Source of the DNA: Eledone cirrhosa
Taxonomy: Eukaryota
Direction of reading: 5' to 3'
NCBI GenBank assembly: GCA_964016885.1
Contig: OZ024758.1
Location: forward strand, 3,534,001 to 3,598,000
Length of the DNA stretch: 64,000 bases
The notes under the pieces were generated by a model. That model saw nothing but the letters and a program-made list of their open reading frames with translations. It ran no database searches and was not told the DNA's origin. Position numbers and translations under genes: made by a program. This document shows, piece after piece, positions 43,164 to 55,558 of this stretch (its first letter is position 1; every line of letters begins with the position of its first letter).

Positions 43164-43223
43164 ATGATTGGCTGAATATCACATATGGAATCTATGGACT
43201 TAATGATCTGCCTATAAGACATG
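43164..43223 (+). CDS. Candidate 60-bp phase 1-1 exon (D)DWLNITYGIYGLNDLPIRH
   Basis: Acceptor gttcttttcacag; only phase 1 is open; donor G|gtgatt. Confidence 0.3.
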
Positions 43224-44314
43224 GTGATTCTAAGAAACAGAGTGTTTGAGTGGATCTGTAAATTGTTGCTTAAATATAAGCACCATCCCTATTCCTTACG
43301 TAGTTGTGTGCGCCTGTAACTGTGTTAGTGTGTAGGTATTCTCACTTGAGTGTGTATATATATGCGTGTGGACACATATATGAATATACGACAACTGCAC
43401 CATGTGTGGACACATATAAATATTTGCTCATTTTCACCTATAATTTCGATATTTTTTATATTTATTAGGAATAATAGTAAATATATGGTATACATATTTT
43501 CAGTTATATATCTATACAACATGCTAAATGAGTGAAAATTTTGATAGTAAAAACAAACGAATATTATATAATATCTAAATTCTACAGCAACCAGATATCC
43601 GATGAAACGTGTAAATATTTCAAATACACTAGAGTGAAATTATATATTTTTTCCTCGAAAATATTCAAAATCGATTTCAATTAATGATGCATGTGATTTA
43701 AACGGAAGGAAAGTTACGTTCAGATAAGCCTGATAACACATGAACACAACCGACTTTGGTATATTTCCTGGAAAAGATATCCAATAAATATATAGAAATG
43801 TAATCGTAAATTTAGGAATATATTTAATAAAATGTATTGAAGGTTGATGATCGTTGCAATCTCAGAGAATGAAACAAAAAAGAAGATAGCAATTGATTCA
43901 GTACGAAAATCAAAATGCCTTCGCATTAAAACTCTTCCTGCACATTTTAACCGTTAAGATAATATAACATTGTTGAAATATGTTGTTTAATATTGTTTTC
44001 CATGTATATTTTCTTGAATTGAAGACATGTTAAAATGCCATCAATCGTCAAATGAGCCCCGAGTTGTTGAAAAGGAAAGGATTTATATCAGAGCAGTAAC
44101 AAAAAAATAGTAAGTTCTATAATTTCAATGTGTAAGGATTAGTATTTATGACGCGATATTGTAAAACACGGAGCCATGCTTATATATATAGATATAGATA
44201 GAGAGAGAGGTTTAACCCGGGTTCAATCGGGGGAAACCATAGTAAGTAAGGTGCTCAATACTAACCAGTGTATAAATGATTTCTCCCGAATGAAACAGTT
44301 CTAGTCCTGTAGAA

Positions 44315-44356
<42 letters not shown>

Positions 44357-44475
44357 TGTGTGTATATCCAGGGAGTGTAACGCGGAGTTACTGTAGGTTC
44401 ACCCGGGTGAGCACTCGATGATTAGGTTCACGTCGGTATCGAGGTGTAGAGCTAGACAACGTGTAATAAAATAAT

Positions 44476-44564
44476 TGTTTCTACTTTTGGCACAAGGCTA
44501 GCAATTAACCAGTGTATTACTGGTACTTTATTTTATCGACGCCGTAAGGATGAAAAGCAAAGTT
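44476..44564 (-). mobile_element. 5'-truncated SINE family A with 18-bp TSD
   Basis: AACGTGTAATAAAATAAT at 44458-44475 and 44565-44582. Confidence 0.92.
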
Positions 44565-44873
44565 AACGTGTAATAAAATAATACAAGGCCGAATGTTTAC
44601 TCCTTCGTTACGTTTATATATATATATTTATATTAATAAAACGTCAACAGAACGCAGGAATGAAAGATAAGCTTTAAAATGTCAATTCCTTGAAATCACT
44701 ATACATATATGGCCAAGTACTATAATACAAATGTGATGCAATACAGGACGATCTCATCCGGCAACTTTAACTGAATTACATAACAGGGTTAAGTTGAACA
44801 CAAAATTAACATGGAAGATATTGAGAAGAATGTAGGAAATTGAAAGATGTAAATTCGATCTGAGGACTGCATG

Positions 44874-44914
<41 letters not shown>

Positions 44915-44915
<1 letters not shown>

Positions 44916-45122
44916 CGAAGGAAAAGTGGTAAGGAACCAGGTGGACCACAACGCACCAAAGTACTCAATACTTAGGGTAGTAGAGTGGGTAATAGGAGTA
45001 AGTAAGACCCCGACGGCTGAGCTCAAGCCGTTTCGACGGCTAATTCTGTACTAGAATTAGCCGTACAGAATTAACCGTCGAAACGGCTTGAGCTCAGCCG
45101 TCGGGGTCTTACTTACTCCTAT
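44915..45122. mobile_element. (TA)n-embedded hammerhead-type element with a 60-bp fold-back duplication
   Basis: Arms 44992-45051 and 45063-45122 differ by 1 mismatch; GAAACGGCT-tgagctc-AGCCGTC occurs on both strands. Confidence 0.8.
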
Positions 45123-45152
45123 ATATATATATACACAGAGAGAAAGAGAGAG

Positions 45153-45323
45153 ACTTTGATTAGAATTCTGTTGAAGTGGGTATACATTTTTGGGACACTC
45201 TGTAAATAGAAATAAGTATACTTATATATATATATATATATATTCATAAATATACAATTATTTATTTCTATATACAGGGTGCCTCAAAAAATGTATACGC
45301 ACTTCAACAGAATTCTAATCAAA

Positions 45324-45325
<2 letters not shown>
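45153..45325. repeat. Inverted duplication containing a mariner-type TIR and its flank
   Basis: Arms ~63 bp (45153-45215 and 45262-45325) around an AT-rich spacer. Confidence 0.85.
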
Positions 45326-45364
<39 letters not shown>

Positions 45365-45774
45365 TATATATATATACACAGAGAGAGAGAGCGTATGTTT
45401 ATGCTTATACATGTATATGTATAATGGCCAATACGAGAAAACTGATGTGGGAAGATGAAATTTAGAGATTTTAATCTATTTATGTCACAATAACAGCATT
45501 CATGGTTATTAAATTCAAAACATACTTTTTATAAAGGAAAATTTATGTCTTGGAGGGCGTATGGATGTATTTGTATACTTTATGTTGGTGTTGTTCCTGT
45601 TTTCAGTAATGTTTATGTTGGAAGAGTTGTGTATGTGCTAAGGTGATTTTCCGTAGCAGCAGTGGTCCTGGCTGAAGGCGTTTTCGACAAAATTGAATAA
45701 TTTGTTGATAATGGTGTTAGGGTGTAGTTGTCGACGAAATAGAAGGCTTGATACTTTTGCTCCTATTGTTTTTG

Positions 45775-46210
45775 ATTTTGTTGTTGTGGTTGCTGCTGTA
45801 GTAGTATAAGTGGTGGTGGTGGTTTTAGCGGTAGTAGTTGTAATAGCAGTAGTAGAATAGTAGTAGTCGGAGTAGTGGTGGTGATTTTGGTGGTGGTAGT
45901 AGTTGTAGGAAGAGCAGTAGTAGTATTAGTAGTCGTGGTAATGGTGTTGTTGGTGTTGGTGGTGATGGTAGGGATTGTTTCGGTGGTGGTAGTACTAGTA
46001 GTAGTTGTGATAGCAGCAGTTATAGTAGTATTTGTGGTAGCACTAGTAGTAGTAGTTGGTGTTATACTAGTCGTAACGCTGGTGGTGACCTTAGTGGTAG
46101 TGTTGGTATTAGTGGCGGTAGTTATGGTTGTGGTGGTGGTGGTAGTAGCAGCAGCAACAACAACAGCAGTAGTAGTAGTATCATTAGCAGCAACAACAAC
46201 TGCAACGGTG
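45775..46210. repeat. GTA/GTG/GCA trinucleotide low-complexity block
   Basis: Seen directly. Confidence 0.9.
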
Positions 46211-46635
46211 GAAATTAACAGTCACTAAAGAACCAACAGAAATAGCTAAAAGTCCAAGAACAAGAAAGACGCTGAATTAAAAGATAGTTGGCAGGAAAGG
46301 AATATCAGTGTTGGTTCCTCATGAGTAAATTTGGACAACTTATAATTGGTTTACCTGTTCTGTCGTTGTCACTTGAGCGTAAAGGCAATCATTATGCACT
46401 TATGCCAGCGAATTCACCCCTGCGGGATTCATCGAATCTAATTAGATCTTAATTTTAACCATCAGCTCTGTCAAACACGCAGATTGAAAGCTAAACTTTG
46501 TATGATGTGTATATGTGTGTTTGTGTGTATATGTGGGGTTGTGTGTTTGTGTCTGTGTGTATGTGCGTATATATGTGCATTTATATTCCTATTTATGTGT
46601 ATGTAAGTGTATGTATCGAAGATTTCATATATGCT

Positions 46636-46704
<69 letters not shown>

Positions 46705-48877
46705 ATATGTGGGTGCGTGTATGTAAAAGGTAAACAGAAATAACAACACAATCGTTACAGTATATGGAAGGTATAAATTAGGTTAACGCTTGAAATAGCA
46801 TATATTTATATCACTTTTTCTGGATGTGGCTATATATTTATTGTATTAATATATATAGAGATTATATAGGCGACTTTATGTATTGCCGGGGTTTTGCTGT
46901 AAGTTACAAAATTGAGCTCAAAGAAGCTGACACATCTGCCAATATATAGTGACAGAAATAGGGATATATGAGCAAGATTTTGGGTGTTTTAACCTGAATG
47001 ATTGTCAATGTGTAACGTATTATCATTGTTAATATTTCTGTCATGGATTACGATAAGATGTCCAAACCCCCCAAACAGTTAAATAGTCTGGAAATCGCCG
47101 AAATGAAATACTGCAAAAACCTTGTTCGTTGCTCTAATATGTTTGATACACACTGTAAATATAACAAAATGTATATTTGTTAAAATGAGGATTTGAAGTA
47201 AATTTCTCTTAGAGTTCATCTCCCTGTTCAAAAACATTAAGTAAATGAAAGCATATTCAGTTAGTAAAAGGGTTAACACCACATCTATATTCAAATATTA
47301 ACTAATATTATTTTCTTTTATTTACCACATGATAGTTTAACAGTTCAAATACAATATATTCCAAGGTTGGCTTATTATGTAAATCCAATTTGTTTTGCTC
47401 AATAGATCTATAAACTATGGCTTAACATAAGTCTCCAACTGTGAACGAAATGTGTCTGCATTCCAAATATTAGGGTCTATTGAATTCATGGAATATATTG
47501 TGCATATACCTGTAAATATATGTGTATAAGCGTATGTCTGCGTATATTTAGACAGATTCTTGTATAAATGGAAATTAGTTCTTGTTTCTAAAATATAGAA
47601 TATGAAAACACAGATAATACATTTTTGATATTTTGCCTCCAAATATTTCTAAGCAGGGAGTATGATTTACATAGCATTCGCTCAGCAAGTACAATTTGTC
47701 AAATATACGTTGCAAAACGTTCATAACATGTGTTATACATTCTTGGTTATATGTGATATAATACTCTAACGAGCCGAATATATTCATCTATCGTGTGTGA
47801 GACTGTTGTTGTTGGAATCATTTATCGAAACAGTATTTTATTATTTACTGTCAGATATACCCTGTTTATTTCTACTATAGGTATAGATATATCTTGGTTA
47901 TTACATAATAACATGGTTACTACTTCGGTCCAACTGTACAGAAAAATCTATGAGTGCATCTAGCAGCCCCGGGATGGCTATGGTTGTGTATGTAGAATTT
48001 GGTCTGATGTGAACACAATCTTTACAGGAGACCGTTCCATGTGAATGTATATATATATATATGTGTATATATATATATATGTATATATATATACACACAG
48101 AGAGACACACAGGCACACACGCACACATTATATATATATATAGAGAGAGAGAGTTTAATTCCACAACAACTTTGCAAATCAGTCTCGTGGTGCGGCTTTA
48201 ATCGAACAGATTCTCCTCGAGTTGAAAATCTGTTGGGCAAGTTTATGGGCGTGAATATAACAAAATCTTTAAGATATCCGCTGATCAAGACGAAAGATTA
48301 GAAAACGATCTGACTAATTCCTTTCACCGAAACAGAAAATATCTACGCATTATTTGAACAAAATATTAAAAGAAATCGATGTCTTCACTGAGAAGATTGT
48401 ATATGTGTACTTGTGATGAAAAACGTAGGTCGAAAAGGGGATAAACCATATTAAAAGACTGTTATACAGTTCCGACAATTTCAGCTGTTATACAATGATA
48501 TATGACTTATTTCATAATAGGGATTTATCTAATTGAAATATATTAGTGTATTATACATATGTATATTTCTAATTTGAAATTTAAGGTATACAAATTTCAG
48601 TAATCATATATCTTGGCATTGCTGGCAAATATAAACAAACAATATACACAGCAGGCTTTGTCTCTCTGATGCCAGTAAATTAGTTCAACCTCACTCGTTG
48701 TAGTCCATATACTTAGGTTTACTTATGAAATTATATACATAAGGAACTTACATTGCTAAAAGCTATTCATGCTCGCTTTATTTGAATTATATGTTCATTA
48801 CAAAAGCGAGATTAATATTTAAGCTACCCAGGAAACGCTTTGCAATTTATTATTAATTTATTAATTTTTGTGGTCAG

Positions 48878-48987
48878 CAAACAGCCGTATATGCAGGGTT
48901 AATAATGATCGTCATTTAGAGAATAATGCAGTCATGGAGACTGAGGAATATATAGTGTCGCACTATAATACGTTCCAGTCTCACTAA
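48878..48987 (+). CDS. Candidate phase-1 terminal exon NSRICRVNNDRHLENNAVMETEEYIVSHYNTFQSH*
   Basis: Acceptor tttttgtggtcag, 35 open codons, ATTAAA directly after the stop; no recognised homology. Confidence 0.25.
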
Positions 48988-51440
48988 TATTAAAATATAA
49001 CATGTAGTTTTATGAAATTTTATACTGAATTTGTTATTAAAATTTAACAAATACTATAAATTTAATTCAAATGTCAACGTAAATTTAATTAAATCGTAAA
49101 GTAGACATCAAAATATTTTAATTATTTCATAATTAATAATTTAATACACACATACTTATCTACAGTAGTAGATATTTAAATAGGTGAACACAATTTTTTA
49201 ATGAAAAATCAGTCTTTCTTGGTCTCCCCGTCTCGTCATCCGATATATTCCTTTCTTTTCCATTTTTCCATCATATATTTTAAAGCCTATTTTTTTTAGC
49301 CTTTTTAAAGATATTTTTTGTTGTTTTCTGTTCAAATAAATCTCGTTTTTCAATGAAATTAATTTCAAGTTTGTTGTTAATTAATTCGTTATATATAATG
49401 ATACATTTTCAAGTTATTTGCTGCTGCGTATATGTTTAACCCACTGATTTTTTTTTTTGTTTGATTTAGATATCTATATGTATCAATACCTTTATTTGTG
49501 TGCTGATACCCTTTGTCCTATTTACACCATGGCTCAGTGGATGGTTTTCGATTGGTAGGAGAATTCTTTTAATAACTTTTTTTCTGGAGATATCAACATA
49601 TGTTATAAACCTTGTTTTATAATATCCTTATTAAATAAACTTTGAGCATCGTGTAGATGTTATTTAAATGGAAGGCGGTCTTATGCACTAGCATATTTTT
49701 GTGTAATCGAATTAATTCGCCGAGTAGAATATCATTACCACATGATGTTTATTTTTATTTAGTAGAGAGCTTCTCGTTGACATTATTCGGTTCAGTTTCT
49801 CTTGTAGTGATAAAACTTTCCCTTCCGTACCACTGCTAATGATCTGGAAATATCTATAAGTGTTGCCTTTCTCTTCTGTTTTCTTCGGAAAAATGCTAGT
49901 TTATATGCCTGATATCATTTGGGTGCTGCTGATATGAAGGCATTAAACTCTCAGCCTTCAATAGTAACTTCCCACATCCTATAAACGTTTTTCTTATCTC
50001 GTTTTGCTCCCTCAGAAATGGTAAATACCATGTCTGTGTTTTCTTGCCAATGACTTAAAATGACATTTTATAAGCAAGTGTTGGATGTAGTTGCAGTCAT
50101 CCGTAGAACATTTTTCATTTTTCGCTCTCAAATTCTCTCATAACATTTTTCGTATTCATTTCTCATTTTTACTTCATTTCGGCTCCGATACAAAATAGAG
50201 ATTGCTGTCGCATGTATTCATAGTTTATATAGTATTCTATTATTTATTGTTTGTTTTTATTAACTATTTATATATGCTTACATTGGATGTTTAAAAAATA
50301 TTGTATTAATGAAAACTCTACAACCACGGTGAATAAAACTGTGGATATGTTTCAGATATTTTAGCTAGACTTTCGATATATTAATATATCGAGATAGCTT
50401 ACACTTGTCGCTGTTGCATCATAACTGTATTTATTATTTCTTGAGTTGTTGTTTATCCCCATTGCTATGCATCATTGTTTTCAACATTCTCAGCTAAAGC
50501 GACATATAGAGTAGCTAAAATTATATTTCCTTTTGCATTGAATCGATTTCAATGTTGCTTTTACGCAGTTATCCGCTCGGTGAAATCATTTTGGCTAGGA
50601 AACAATTTTTGTTTCCTTTTCTTGAAAACAATTTCTACTTTTTATAACGATGGATTTTCTGATGTGATTTTTAAGGATTTGTCCCTCTTTACATGGAAGA
50701 TATTTTAGATATTTAGCTTGTTTCTCATGTTTTAAGTGTATAGGATTTATCTGTTGATCATATTCTGGTTTGAAAAATAGTTTTATATCACTCCATATAT
50801 TGATTTTTCTAGTTGATAGTTTGGGTTTAGCATTTGATATGTTGAATATCTCGGGTTGGAGTCATTTTCCTGTGTAACTACTCTAGATTCTGCATAGTTT
50901 AAATCTTGTTCATATTGATAATCATGTTTGATTCTCTTTCCAGTACATCGATAATGGCTTAGATTTAGATATTTGTTTTTTCCCATTGTTGAAATTTCTT
51001 CATTAATGTTCATCCTTGCGAGAATAATTCGTTGCTTCATACAATATGTATAAGAATTATGTAATTCCACAACACATTCACTGCTTGGAATTTTGAGAAA
51101 GTTCATTCTGCTGTAGTCACATCCTTGTGGTTAATATTTAAAAGACAGACACCGTCTGGAACTATGTGGTATATTTAATCCATCATTCGATTTAATACTA
51201 ACTAAATATCTTTGGATATATTTAATGATACCCAGTCTGTTACGGGTATTGGCACCAGTTTTCATTTTCTTTTGTTTTTCTTTTGTTTTTCTTTTTGTTT
51301 ATATTCCACAATTACATGTTCCTTGGTAATGCATCAGAAGATATTAAATAAAATATAAAAATAAGTGGAAAGTACGTAATACTTGAAATATTATGCGTAT
51401 TTAATTATTGCCTTATTTAAAATATATTTATCATATCGAT

Positions 51441-51595
51441 AGGCGGTTATGGCAGTCGTTAGGACGTCGGATAGAACGGGTTGAAGTATTCATTCGTACT
51501 CTCTCAGTTTAGTTCAAGTCTCACTTAGATCAACTATACCTTTCCTCAATTTAAGGTCGATAAATATGTACCTGTCTAGTACATGGATCGATTCT
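51441..51595 (+). mobile_element. Old, diverged SINE family A-related copy
   Basis: ggcagtcgttaggacgtcgga...gttcaagtctc...ggtcgataaatatgtacc. Confidence 0.6.
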
Positions 51596-51719
51596 TCGTG
51601 TATACCTCTTTCTCTAACATCCTACCCACCTCTGGAATAAATCTGCTGTATTCAGGCCTGGAGAGGAGACGGCCTCTGCCAGGTTTAAAAGTGACCTGGG
51701 AAGGCCGTTTGTCAATATG

Positions 51720-52012
51720 TGTGCGTGTGTGTGTGAGTGTGTTTGTATTTGTATGTATGTGTGTGTGTGTGACAGCTCACATCTATACAGGTTTAGCTGG
51801 CCTGCTCCAAGGTATATCTCGTTGGAGGTGTATTGGGTAGTTTAATGATAGGGACCACCACATTCCTATCATCTCATTTCTACAGATGAGTAAACTGGAG
51901 CAATGTGAAATAAAGTGTCTTGCTCAAGGAAACAACACATCACCCGGTCCGAGAGTTGAACTCACAACCTTTCCATTGCAAGCCCAATGCGCTAACCACT
52001 AAGCCATGCACC
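51720..52012 (-). mobile_element. SINE family B, full length, tail type 3 with (CA)n end and 12-bp TSD
   Basis: TTTGTCAATATG at 51708-51719 and 52013-52024; A box TGGCTTAGTGG on the minus strand. Confidence 0.9.
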
Positions 52013-52779
52013 TTTGTCAATATGGCGCACCTACGACCCCCTTTGTGATTTACGGGTCTATATATACCATCATATCATTTCCATATTCATTGAAATTCAT
52101 TTGTATGCTCTCGCATCGTCTGATATTGCATTTTATTCGATGTCTCGAGGTAATAAAGTCACAAAATCTTACGTTACCCTCTTAGATTCCAACGCAGTAG
52201 ATTAGATACTTTCATCATGGTAGACTCTATAAAACAAGTGTTCATCATATACTTTGTTATTTGTATAATCAGCTAGACAATCCCACAAGTGCTGCGGTTA
52301 TATGCTACTATACGGTATCATATTCTCTGTTATCTTATTTTCATTACGATTATTATTATCGTAAAAAAACAACTGCATTGAATAAACCATCGGATCAATG
52401 CATACAAGGAATTCTAGTAGGTCGTCAATCATGAAATTTGTAGATATTTCTGTTTTTTTCATAAATTTCTACAAATTACATAATTGACGAGCCGATATAT
52501 TAATGTTTAAGACAAAGTTGACTTCATTATCAATTATTCACGTATCTGTCATATTGTTTATCTTCGTTTTAAATCTGAATGTCGCCGCCGGATTTATGAA
52601 TACTTTAAAAAATATCATAATTTATATTCAGCTACATTTCAGAAAAAACCCGAAGAATGTGAAAAGTTTTAATGAATGTGTTTAAAATATATACTTTAGA
52701 CTTCATCTGCATCATAATGTGTACATAGATGTGAGGCTATAGACAAGGAAATGTCACACGTACCCGCATATTAACATGC

Positions 52780-52819
<40 letters not shown>

Positions 52820-52916
52820 GTACAACACTGGAGGGTTATATCTGTAGTAGTAGTAGAGCACTCATTCCATGGGATGAGCTTGGCAGAAATAGTTCCACAA
52901 CAGTTGGTTCACCATA

Positions 52917-52957
52917 CCGAGAACAAATGTTTCACCTTATGCGGATCTTCAGCACGA
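52917..52957 (-). ncRNA. Degenerate type I hammerhead ribozyme inside a (TA)n-flanked 160-bp element
   Basis: tcgtg-CTGAAGA-tccgcataaggt-GAAA-catttg-TT-ctcgg, enclosed by a 19-bp inverted repeat. Confidence 0.55.
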
Positions 52958-52973
52958 TCTGTTGTGGAACTAC

Positions 52974-53005
<32 letters not shown>

Positions 53006-54983
53006 GACAACAAATCATACAGAGCAGACATACAGACAGGTGAATCCGAGAGTGAGACAACGTATGACCGACTAGCAACATACCGCTAGGTCTTAAGTAA
53101 TAGCAAGAGCGGGAGGCGTGGGGCGAAACAACAGAAAAGTGGGGAGGAAGGAGAGAAAAAAAGAAAAGACGAATGTAGAAGGCGTGAGGCCAAGATGCCT
53201 GTCCGAATTGAAAAGCTAATAAATTCATATATATGATAAAGGCAAATATACATAGTTACCTGGTCGGTGGGTTTTTGCATCGACTTATATGTTTTATAAC
53301 TTTAATCTCTCCTCTTATTGTAACCTTAATCTCCATTTGTCTTCGCGTCTTCCTTTCTTCCTTTTTTCAATGTTTGTATATATAATTGACATATAATTGA
53401 CCTCCTATCCAACGCAAGAGACATACAGATACATATATATATATTGATGTACAGTGGAGTGACATGTATTATACAATACTATATTTGTACAGCTATTCAA
53501 AATTAAAATACATTCGGCAGATAATGCAAGAGGATAGTTTGATAGTCAGATCTAGTAGTGCATGCAAGTGTGTCTCATTTATATACGATTATTGTGTGGC
53601 AAGGTGTTTCATGTAATGCAAGCACTTTAAGCGGGTAAGCAAGAGTATTATGGTGGTTGTAGTTGTGGGGTATTTTTTGTATAGATCAAAAAAGTATGTG
53701 TGCAGAAAGAGAAAGAAAAAGAAAAAGAAACTTTCTTTTTCTTTTTCTTTTTCTTTTTCTTTCTCTTTTTCTGCACACATACTTTTTTTATCTATACAAA
53801 AAATACGTATATATATATATGTTTATGTGTGTGTAAGCTACTCTCATTCCCTATCTGTAACGAACAAATTGTATATGAATCACGAGAAGGTTTCTCTTTA
53901 AGACAACACCCAATCAACAAATGAGAAAGAGATTAAATGATAGAGAAATGATGAGTAAAACATAATTTCGTGGCAACGAAATTATTGCTCAAACTCGTAG
54001 AGAATTTCAGGAAGAAACTATGAATAATTTTGAAAAGAATTTTAATAGCACATCACAATGCAAAATTCCACAGACCTGTCATCGGTTATTACTAACCGCT
54101 CACTGATTGCTACAGGAAATCTTAACTGTCACAATTTTATAACTAATTATTTTTTTAAATCACGAATCGTAACGTCGGTTTTGAATACGAAAATGACAGG
54201 ACCACACAAGGATATTCAAGTCATCTTAGAGTTAATAAATTGAAAGTCTAAAATTTATTCATATCTAAAACAAGCTATGGCGTAACTAATAGCTAGTCAA
54301 ATTTGATAATGTGCATTCCTCGGTGGTATAATTAGTAAAAGAAAAAATACTATTTCACTAACCAGCGTATATTAAAAATTCTTAGAAACATTTAATGTAC
54401 CGCCTCGAAGATTCTGCCTCGCTAAATGTTGTAGGCTTATGAGAAATTAATGTTTGCTCTCTATAAGCAGAACTAACGTTAATTTTAAGGTTATGATTGT
54501 TAACAGTCAGCTGAATTTATGTCAAATGGTGAAGAGCTCTTTTTTTTACACCGGGAAGGATTTAGTGATATATATACTATTTTACCCTTTTACCTGTTCC
54601 AGCTATCCGGCTGAGGCCATTTTCATGTTTAAGGCGTATTACAATACCATTACCTTTTTCTTAGTCCTAATTTGAATATAAAATCAATGCTACATTTAAT
54701 GACACTTTCTTGTTGAGCATCGTTATATTAATGAGCTGTTCTATCTAAAATGTCTATACTTCAGAAAATATAGATTTTTGTAAATGTCTATAAATGTATA
54801 TGCATAATTTTATTGAACCAGTCTATGACTTCAATGACATTAGCCCTTCTAAATATTATTATTAATCTTCCTTAAACTTCCTTAATATATCCTCACTAAT
54901 TGAAAAAAACTCAATACTTCTCTGCGTTTATCAGTTTTCACTTAGATTTAGGTACAATATTCTAGTGTTGCTTTACATATATA

Positions 54984-55017
<34 letters not shown>

Positions 55018-55305
55018 AAATCAGCCTGGATTATCTATTCGTTTGGGATTTGAAACCACAGTAAGGGCACATATAGTAAGTACGGTGAATTTAAAAACAA
55101 TATTTTTTTATTTTTTTCTTTATTTGCGTTCCCTTGATTTTATATGTTCTGGCTTGTTAATTTATTAACTTGCCGTTGAACCAATTGGCTTATGGTTGGA
55201 CTATACTTGTATCTCTGTGTGTATTAATTATATGTAGGAACACATACTTTTATTATATATATATATATATTTATTTATTCATATATATATATATATACAT
55301 ATCAT

Positions 55306-55558
55306 TGATATTAATAAATGGAAACTATATTTATAAAACCATATTTATTCTATTATATATATTTCAAGGGTACCAAAACATTGGTACGCCCTCATCAGAT
55401 GAAATACAAAGTTTGTTTTATAAATATCGACTTATCCAGGAATGAGACCTTAACAGTTCAAGTTTCACCTGAGAGCGTACCAAAGTTTTGGAACCCTTGA
55501 AATATATATAACAGAATCAATATGGTTTTATAAATATAATTTCCATTTATTAATATCA
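55306..55558. repeat. Inverted repeat (~98-bp arms, ~58-bp spacer) of a hammerhead-bearing element
   Basis: Arms 55306-55404 and 55463-55558. Confidence 0.9.
55347..55404 (-). ncRNA. Type I hammerhead ribozyme with palindromic stem III
   Basis: ttcat-CTGATGA-GGGCGTACCAA-tgtt-TTGGTACCCTT-GAA-ATATATAT-A-atagaa, overlapping an AATAAA. Confidence 0.65.

Noticed and set aside
49400-51250. Possible ancient LINE ORF1 with a decayed zinc knuckle on the minus strand (similar hints at 21800-21920 and an L1/Tx1-like end at 16170-16400)
   Set aside because: Motifs need several assumed substitutions; not supportable without an HMM search.
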